Below, piece after piece: positions 57,719 through 64,000 of a DNA stretch of 64,000 bases. Within the stretch, counting starts at the first letter, position 1, and each line of letters opens with the position of its first letter. Below the pieces are notes generated by a model. That model searched no databases. It worked only from the letters and a program-made list of their open reading frames with translations, and had not been told where the DNA came from. The translations under genes and the position numbers were made by a program. This DNA comes from Candidatus Moraniibacteriota bacterium (GTDB lineage Bacteria; Patescibacteriota; Minisyncoccia; Moranbacterales; UBA1568): the NCBI GenBank assembly GCA_963743885.1, contig CAVURJ010000002.1, forward strand, positions 369,706 through 433,705. The letters are read 5' to 3'.

Positions 57719-58486
57719 ATGGCTGCAAAGAAAAAATCGTATCCGATACGGACACGATTCGCGAAAGATATCGTGGCCGAAGTCATGTTGCCAGAGCACC
57801 AGAAGGGGAGGGTAGCAATCATCTGCACCGGAGCCCCCTCTTCGCCATCAAAAAAAGATCGCCTAAGTTTTCTTGCTGATCAAGGCTACGTCGTCATCGC
57901 GCTGCGCTATCGCGGTACCTGGGAAAGCCAGGGGAATTTCCTCGAAAAATCTCCAGCTCAAGACGTCAAAGATGTCATCAACGATCTGATGAGACATGGT
58001 AGCATCCGTGATCTCCATACAGAAGAGGTGATACCCGTACGGGTATCTGCCGTCCATCTCTTCGGATCATCATTCGGGGGACCGGCCGTTATCATGAACT
58101 CACATCTGCCGATCGTGAAGAAGATTATCGCGATCTCCCCTGTCATCGACTGGAAAGAAGAAGGGGAAGATGAACCGTTCGACTTCTTCGTCCGCTTCAC
58201 CCGGGAAGCCTTCGGCGGCGCCTACCGGACCAGACATGCGGATGATTGGCAGAAGCTCATCCGGACAGACTTCTATGATCCGATAGCGCACACGGATACG
58301 ATCGACGGCAAAAAAATACTCATCATCCATACGAAGGATGATACCGTCGTACCAGTAGGACCGGTCATCCCATTCGCAGAAGCGACCGGAGCATCATACT
58401 ATATCAAACCGAAAGGCGGACACGTACCACCCATCACGCATAAGTTTCTCTGGAAGAAGATCGACACCTTCCTTAAGAAAAAATAG
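57719..58486 (+). CDS. Alpha/beta hydrolase
   Basis: RYRGTWES, GSSFGG, H..DD.VVP and GGH triad pattern. Confidence 0.85.
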   Translation: MAAKKKSYPIRTRFAKDIVAEVMLPEHQKGRVAIICTGAPSSPSKKDRLSFLADQGYVVIALRYRGTWESQGNFLEKSPAQDVKDVINDLMRHGSIRDLHTEEVIPVRVSAVHLFGSSFGGPAVIMNSHLPIVKKIIAISPVIDWKEEGEDEPFDFFVRFTREAFGGAYRTRHADDWQKLIRTDFYDPIAHTDTIDGKKILIIHTKDDTVVPVGPVIPFAEATGASYYIKPKGGHVPPITHKFLWKKIDTFLKKK

Positions 58487-58553
58487 TCTTTGCATCCAAG
58501 AATCCCAATTCGTATCATTCGAATATTTTTCTGGTCATTTGGGTCGATACGGA

Positions 58554-58980
58554 GATACATAGATGTACCCCTGTGATGGATGAAACTCCTTAGAAACGAT
58601 TATACGCATCCGTTTTCCGAACATTTCCCTCATTTTTCAGATTCAAGACTCCCCTGTGATATTTCACGAAAAACGGGGGGTTTTTATTACCAAACGAAGC
58701 GAGTGAAACGAAAGTAAACTTTCGTTTTCGAGCGAGTGCAGGTAAAATCGGGTTAAATACCCTCCGCCTCTGGCGGAGAGGGATTGAGTCCAGGGCTTGC
58801 CCTGGTGTGAATACCCGTTATATCTGAAATATGAAATATAAAAATGAAAAAATAATGAGGCCAGATACCAGCAAGACCTCTTACATAGAGATATGCCATA
58901 AGAATGAGCGAGGGGAAGGATACATAGATGTACCTCCCATGTATTCCGAAACGCTCAGAAACGATCATGCGCATCCGTTT
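58554..58980. repeat. Two imperfect 62-bp direct repeats (58554-58615, 58919-58980)
   Basis: GATACATAGATGTACC...GAAAC...AGAAACGATYATRCGCATCCGTTT in both copies. Confidence 0.8.
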
Positions 58981-59217
58981 CGGGGATGATCAGAAGTATA
59001 TTCGAACAATCTTTTGTGCTTCCTTGCCTATTTTCCTTTTTTGCTTTATTACCAAGTATCTATACTATTGTAATGTCTCATAAGTTACATAGGAAGACAT
59101 TGTATGCTTTAAAGAAAACCCGTTACAAACGGGATATTTGATTTTTGTTTTCAAGGTTCTCCTCTACCTCGACAAACCCATTATAGCATACTTTTAAAGT
59201 CCATGCAATAGATTCTG

Positions 59218-60051
59218 TCAATCGAGGAACCTTCGCGCCCGCTCGACCTGCGTTCCTTCGTACAGATTCAGGTAGTGGAATGACGACAACGGGTTGGTAT
59301 GTCCGAGGATGAACTGCACGTCCTTGACCGTTCCCCCGCCATCGAGCACCTGCCAGGCCTTGCTGTGCCTGAAGGAGTGCGCGACGATCCGTTTCTTGAT
59401 CCCGGCCCTCTGGCAATACCCGTGGATTATCCTTGTAGCGCTCCTGGATGTCATCCGCCATCCGTCCCTGGTATTCCCGAATACCGGACCGGTTTCGGTG
59501 CCACAGCGGTCCGCGTAGTCCTTCAGGAACTCGTTCGTGTCCTTCCCCCAGAATATCAGCCGCCGCCGGTCTGTCTTCTTGGTGTCGATGAACGCCTGCC
59601 TATGGAACGTGTCCATGGCCTCAAAATCAAGCGATAGAAGCTCTGAGACGCGCATACCGGTGTCATAGAGCATCCTGACCATCAGATTATCCCTGGCGCC
59701 TTGTAGCGTGTCTACGCGCAGCCATGAGAGCAGCGTGACGTACTCCTCCGGCGTGATCGGCTCATACGGGACCGATCTGGTATGAGGCGGCCGGATGTCC
59801 TTGTAGTCGAAGCGGAGAATCTTGCGGCGCGAGACGAAGGAAGCATAGTCCCGGATAATGGACATGGCGTAGCCTACCGTGCCGCTGGCGTACCGGCTCC
59901 TGATATCCTCAGAGAACCGTAGGACGTCTGAAAGCTCCGCATCAGCCATTCCCTTGCCAGTAATCTCCCGGAAGCGCCGCACCCATATCGCATACGCCTC
60001 GCCGGCGCGCCGGGTATACGATGCCTTCCACCTGATGTATTCGATTTCCAT
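59218..60051 (-). CDS. Tyrosine recombinase (Xer-size integrase or invertase)
   Basis: TGMRVSE, K, HSFRH, LGH and Y catalytic residues; 277 aa. Confidence 0.93.
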   Translation of the reverse strand: MEIEYIRWKASYTRRAGEAYAIWVRRFREITGKGMADAELSDVLRFSEDIRSRYASGTVGYAMSIIRDYASFVSRRKILRFDYKDIRPPHTRSVPYEPITPEEYVTLLSWLRVDTLQGARDNLMVRMLYDTGMRVSELLSLDFEAMDTFHRQAFIDTKKTDRRRLIFWGKDTNEFLKDYADRCGTETGPVFGNTRDGWRMTSRSATRIIHGYCQRAGIKKRIVAHSFRHSKAWQVLDGGGTVKDVQFILGHTNPLSSFHYLNLYEGTQVERARRFLD

Positions 60052-60321
60052 AAAACAGGAGCCCCATCTACTTCCTTCAGCTTGGCGGCTTCAGGTTTCG
60101 AATGGGGCTCCTGTTTTTATAATAGCAACGGAATCTATCTTTTGGACGTGATTCCCCTGCTACAAAGGAGTATACCACGAACCAGCCGCCAAGCGTACCG
60201 GGATTCCGGCACCTTTCCGAAGAAAGAAGGTTCTAAGGCATTAGATTGTAACGGCGCACTCTATCCTATTCTGGATATTTTGTCAAGCAAAAACCGCCCC
60301 AGATTGAGGCGGTTTGATATG

Positions 60322-60552
60322 CTACGCGGCGTATGCGGCCCGCTTGATGCGGTACCGGCCGTAGATAGCCTCCACGATACCCATGACACCAAGCACCGTC
60401 GATACGGACTGCAGCGTCCCATCAACCACTCCATCAACCTCTTCCTGCGACGCATAGTCGCTCAAGAAGTACGCGAGCACCATCTTCGCGATGCCGATGT
60501 AGGTCATGCTTCCTTGAAACATAGGATGTTCGTTATGCGGATTATTTCCCAC
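60322..60552 (-). CDS. Small two-TM phage protein (holin-like)
   Basis: Two hydrophobic segments and basic C-terminus (YGRYRIKR); overlaps the lysin stop. Confidence 0.55.
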   Translation of the reverse strand: MGNNPHNEHPMFQGSMTYIGIAKMVLAYFLSDYASQEEVDGVVDGTLQSVSTVLGVMGIVEAIYGRYRIKRAAYAA

Positions 60553-61330
60553 CGAGGAACTTCTGGAGAGCCAGGCGGAAGAGTTCGACCGCGCTCATGT
60601 CCGACTCGAGCACCCTCTTCTCGACCACGACCTCCTTTTCAACTACCTTCTCCACCGGCACCTCCACCGTCACTTCCTTGATGACCGGAGGCTTCGATTT
60701 GCACTGCTCGAGCGCGACCCGGAGTTCCACGTTGCTATCGTAGACCTCGGAGATCTTCTCGCCGAGCTTGTCCATCTCGCTGTCATTGAGCTTATCCCCG
60801 AAATCGAACCCCAGCTTCTTCGCTGCCTTCTTGAGCTTTTCCGTCATAGACGTGTCGTTAATGATTTCCTCTACCACGATCAGATGCCCCCAGCCGCCGT
60901 TCGGACCGGTGCCGGCGTAGACGTACCGGACGATTCCTTCTGCGACGCAGTACACCGGGGCGTCATAGTCAGCGTTCCCACTCCCCTTCCCGTTCTCATC
61001 CAGGCCCGGGTGGTAGCACATCCTCGGCTTGGCGGCCGTCCCATAGTTCGCGAGATCGAGCCAGTCATACCCGAGATGACTATACCCTTCTCCAAGCGCC
61101 TTCGGATATTTCGTCGGATCGACGAACTGCGCGATCGTCTCCTCCTTCGTCCATCCGATATTGTAAAATCCGTAGTTCCCACCCGGGATGGTCTTCGGAT
61201 GGTCTCTATGGCAGTGCGCGGCCCATTGGCCGTTCCCGGTTCCATTGGTCGCTATCTTCTGCCCAAGCTTCACCTTGTCCCCGACCTTTACGAAGACCTG
61301 GTTGACGTGTCCATATCTTGAAAATGGCAT
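60542..61330 (-). CDS. Phage lysin-like protein with permuted M23 peptidase domain
   Basis: YGHV..V.VGD.V..GQ.I...HCH precedes HPGLD..APVY..G.V..GWG; coiled C-terminus with VEKVVEK repeats. Confidence 0.75.
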   Translation of the reverse strand: MPFSRYGHVNQVFVKVGDKVKLGQKIATNGTGNGQWAAHCHRDHPKTIPGGNYGFYNIGWTKEETIAQFVDPTKYPKALGEGYSHLGYDWLDLANYGTAAKPRMCYHPGLDENGKGSGNADYDAPVYCVAEGIVRYVYAGTGPNGGWGHLIVVEEIINDTSMTEKLKKAAKKLGFDFGDKLNDSEMDKLGEKISEVYDSNVELRVALEQCKSKPPVIKEVTVEVPVEKVVEKEVVVEKRVLESDMSAVELFRLALQKFLGGK

Positions 61331-61332
61331 AT

Positions 61333-61602
61333 CTATCTACCTTCAAACGGATTATGCTGCGCAGGCCAATCTCTCGGCTCGAAGCCTCCTACTGATTCGA
61401 CGGAAAAAACATTGAACAAGAGAAAAGCCAGACCGATAGCGCCAGCGATCCAAAAAGGACTATATTTAACATTCTGTTGAGCTCCTGCATATCGTTTTAT
61501 AGGCTTAGTATTACTGATTAATGCCGCAGAGCGTAGGTGCGGTCTTAGGAGATCAGGATAAGGGGAATGGGTATCCAGATCAAAAAAGAAATGCCGAATC
61601 AT
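61333..61602 (-). CDS. Hypothetical phage protein
   Basis: ORF with one TM ending just before the lysin start. Confidence 0.4.
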   Translation of the reverse strand: MIRHFFFDLDTHSPYPDLLRPHLRSAALISNTKPIKRYAGAQQNVKYSPFWIAGAIGLAFLLFNVFSVESVGGFEPRDWPAQHNPFEGR

Positions 61603-61737
61603 CTAATCATCATCGCCGTGATATTGACGGTTTAAAGAACTGTTTCCCCTCCCGCTCCTCCCGAAGGAGAAGCAGAATGGCCGCATTGCTTCCGAAGAAG
61701 CGGGAGAGTGGGGAAGCGTTGGCCTCCCCGAAGATGT

Positions 61738-61932
61738 TCATGTCCCATAGACCCTCGCAAGCAGTTCGCAGGCATATTCCGGTACGTTGCCGAAATCGTG
61801 GTATTCCTGGACTGCTTCATCGATAGCTGTATCCGCAGGCTCTTTTCCGGTAGACCATTTGAAGGCTCCGTAGAAGAACGCGCGCGGCGTTACGTTGTGG
61901 GCCATGCAGTAGGCCCGGCAGAGCGCTTGCAT
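61738..61932 (-). CDS. Hypothetical phage protein
   Basis: AAGGAG SD before ATG (MQALCRAYC). Confidence 0.55.
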   Translation of the reverse strand: MQALCRAYCMAHNVTPRAFFYGAFKWSTGKEPADTAIDEAVQEYHDFGNVPEYACELLARVYGT

Positions 61933-61942
61933 TATGGTCTCC

Positions 61943-62104
61943 TTAGTCGATCTGCCAGTCTTGCGGCTGGTGGATCGGAACGAGCGGTTGCCGTTCCGGG
62001 TGCATGATGGCCCAGTTGGGAAGCTCGAGCTCGCATTGCGGGCATACGGACCAATCCCCATCCTTGACCATCGGCGTGTCGCACTTCGGGCATTGCGGTG
62101 TCAT
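61943..62104 (-). CDS. Small zinc-ribbon protein
   Basis: AGGAGG SD; CPKC...CPQC. Confidence 0.6.
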   Translation of the reverse strand: MTPQCPKCDTPMVKDGDWSVCPQCELELPNWAIMHPERQPLVPIHQPQDWQID

Positions 62105-62280
62105 GATACCCTCCTTTTGAGTTTGAAATCGACTTCGATGACGATGCAGCGCTTCCGCTGTGTTTCGTAGGCGCTGCGCCAGAAGAGATACCAAAACCAC
62201 CAGTCTGGATAGAACATGATAATCTCCTTTTCGTAAGGTACTGGGAGAGGCGCAAAGATAGTCACGTCCCTCCCGCTGCC

Positions 62281-62736
62281 CTACTTCTTGTCGCGCATTT
62301 CCGATACCCGGTCATTGATCAGTGCCACGACTCGGACTGGTGTCCGGAACCCGAATATGGAAAGATTCTCAAATATGGAAAGCGATTCAGACAGGATTAG
62401 GTATATGGTCATCCACTCGAACATCCATCCGAACATAACGCGTTCTGCCTGCGACAGGACGAAGACCGTGAAGAGTGCTGCCCCGTAGAGCGCTATCTTC
62501 TTCGAGAGTGGCTGGCCCATCTTCCAGGAAGCGATGCGCTTCTGTTTGTAGGCGGCCGCTATCGCTACCACGGAATCTGCGATGATGATGATTGAAAGCA
62601 GCCAGAGCACGCGGATCTCATCCACTGAGAGCTGGAGCGCCGGAAATGTCAGCAATAGCGCCACGACACCCTGCCGCGCCTTTTCCATTAAGGTGAGATT
62701 CTTCGCTATTGCTCCGGTTGTGATGGCTGATTGCAT
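62281..62736 (-). CDS. Phage holin (holin 4_1 / toxin-secretion type)
   Basis: AD...I.AA....I.S..M....KK...Y and E.LSI.ENL..G...P pattern; about 3 TMs. Confidence 0.8.
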   Translation of the reverse strand: MQSAITTGAIAKNLTLMEKARQGVVALLLTFPALQLSVDEIRVLWLLSIIIIADSVVAIAAAYKQKRIASWKMGQPLSKKIALYGAALFTVFVLSQAERVMFGWMFEWMTIYLILSESLSIFENLSIFGFRTPVRVVALINDRVSEMRDKK

Positions 62737-62758
62737 AGGCTACAAAGTTATCTTTTTA

Positions 62759-63174
62759 CGTCCTACAACTGGTCTATTCCGACATTCACTGCCGCTAATC
62801 TCATCCAGAGGCCTATCTACGATGCGAGAGATGTAACGACCGTGTCAGGGAAAATAATAAAAGTTTCTGGGAAGACCGTTCAAATTATTGGATATGATTT
62901 TGTTCTTGGTGATGGGACTACTGGCTCAAAAGCAAAAGCTGTAACGTACCCGATAACTTTTGCGTCTATTCCTGTGGTTATTGTCACTTACGCCGGGTGG
63001 AAAAATGGTTCAGATTTTAGCTCATTTGCTGATGGTGCCGGAGGAGAGATGGCTTATGTTGGGGCTCCTGAAAATAAGCTAGCAACCGGATTCGGTATCA
63101 GGGTAAAACCTGACACTGCTCTTTCGAGCGCATACCGACTTGGTGTTCATTATGTCGCAACTGGCGTGATGTAA
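62759..63174 (+). other. Silent alternative C-terminal cassette of the tail protein
   Basis: Begins with the same SYNWSIPTFTAANLIQRP as the tail gene; opposite strand; no credible start or RBS; tail-tip-like VTYPITF..IPVV. Confidence 0.85.
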
Positions 63175-63617
63175 ATATTAAATCTTAGTGAAAAACTCTC
63201 CCTCTGTTTCTTTCAGTCCAGAAGCCGTAAATCCACCGAAAGCGTTTGCCGCTGCGGTAGACAAATTGATACCAATCTTAGCTGTATTATTTGTAGCCCC
63301 GACATTCAATCCTAAAATCCCAGCGTTAACCCCATGCGTCGTATTATCGGTCACTTTAATTGGAAGTCTGAATGTCCCAGCCGCCATTGTTGCTGGTACA
63401 AATGGAAGAGTAAAATTGAATGTTGCGCTATTTGATGTTCCGGAAAATTGAATGTAATAATACACGGAATCATTCACTACTTTATACCCAACAGTTGCCG
63501 TTGGCGTAGGTGCAAATCCAGTGAGTACAGGCGCCCACGATAACCACCTCGTCTCATACACCGGCCGCTGAATCAAATTAGCGGCAGTGAATGTCGGAAT
63601 AGACCAGTTGTAGGACG
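62759..63617. repeat. Exact 41-bp inverted repeat pair bounding an 859-bp invertible segment
   Basis: CGTCCTACAACTGGTCTATTCCGACATTCACTGCCGCTAAT at 62759-62799 and its reverse complement at 63577-63617. Confidence 0.95.
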
Positions 63618-64000
63618 CTCCGCCCGACAATGTAGCGGCAAAACGTCCGATATTCTCAAACTCATCGCTTACGGCCGTATTGGCAGAATTATCCAAGAGA
63701 ATGCTCTTTTCATTCGTAGTAGTAAGGTAGAAAAAATCATCAAGTCTCGTCCCGTATGGGATTCTTGAAATACCAATCATTACCCGGGAATCAGTCGCAT
63801 TCCATCCAAGATAGACGAAACGGTCTATTTCTTTCGTTGCGAGTTCGGCTCCGCCAGAATTGCAATAGTTCGTTCCGGCGTTCCATGTTCCAGAAAGTGC
63901 AGCGGTGATGCTACGTATAGTGTCGCCAATCCTGATATATACAGGCTCGATTACTGACGGATCATTTCCAGCGAGCGTCTTGATTGCCACGGTAAGATTA
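63178..64000 (-). CDS. Phage tail fibre / receptor-binding protein, 5' part outside window
   Basis: Open to window edge; Gly/Thr/Ala-rich; beta-rich head (W.P.LTG..GYKVVN.SV...F.LPF); upstream of holin. Confidence 0.75.
   Translation of the reverse strand, partial: NLTVAIKTLAGNDPSVIEPVYIRIGDTIRSITAALSGTWNAGTNYCNSGGAELATKEIDRFVYLGWNATDSRVMIGISRIPYGTRLDDFFYLTTTNEKSILLDNSANTAVSDEFENIGRFAATLSGGASYNWSIPTFTAANLIQRPVYETRWLSWAPVLTGFAPTPTATVGYKVVNDSVYYYIQFSGTSNSATFNFTLPFVPATMAAGTFRLPIKVTDNTTHGVNAGILGLNVGATNNTAKIGINLSTAAANAFGGFTASGLKETEGEFFTKI

Larger units (their letters stand above)
59000..64000 (-). mobile_element. Prophage end (tail, lysis, recombinase); continues beyond window; boundary approximate
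   Basis: Co-oriented tail-like, holin, lysin and tyrosine recombinase genes after the last host gene. Confidence 0.8.

Noticed and set aside
58554-58980. CRISPR array
   Set aside because: Only two long imperfect copies ~300 bp apart; no cas genes
62731-62758. TTG start making the + strand tail cassette an independent gene
   Set aside because: Overlaps the holin start on the other strand, has no RBS, and homology begins exactly at the repeat
62759-63617. DGR template/variable repeat pair
   Set aside because: Copies are inverted and identical over 41 bp, later differences are not adenine-specific, and no reverse transcriptase is in the window

Overview
Bacterial chromosomal window. Gene content and repeat style suggest a Patescibacteria/CPR (Parcubacteria-like) genome; this is inference, not a database result. 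About 1-46 kb is a large surface-glycosylation region: galE, two nucleotide-sugar dehydrogenases, GT2/GT4 enzymes, five GT-C/PMT-like membrane transferases, two flippases, two O-antigen-ligase-like proteins and an LCP protein. It is interrupted by an IS481 element, stand-alone ORFan cassettes, a frameshifted GH28 gene and a divergent RtcB-like gene. About 46-58.5 kb is housekeeping (ctpA-like S41 protease, groES, fmt, def, priA, thpR, tagA-like, gltX, M23 peptidase). From about 59 kb to the end is one end of a prophage (tyrosine recombinase, lysis genes, tail/receptor-binding gene). Main observations: (1) an exact 41-bp inverted repeat (62759-62799 / 63577-63617) brackets two tail-to-tail alternative C-termini of the phage tail protein, a probable invertible host-range switch with a nearby Xer-size recombinase; (2) a ~0.8-0.9 kb highly structured region without a convincing ORF, behind tandem sigma70 promoters and a boxA-like motif (38.9-39.9 kb), a candidate large ncRNA; (3) an RtcB-like enzyme with altered motifs inside the glycosyltransferase operon; (4) a circularly permuted M23 lysin; (5) heptamer-periodic inverted repeats that flank a four-helix-bundle gene, fill operon junctions and sit in frame inside proteins.
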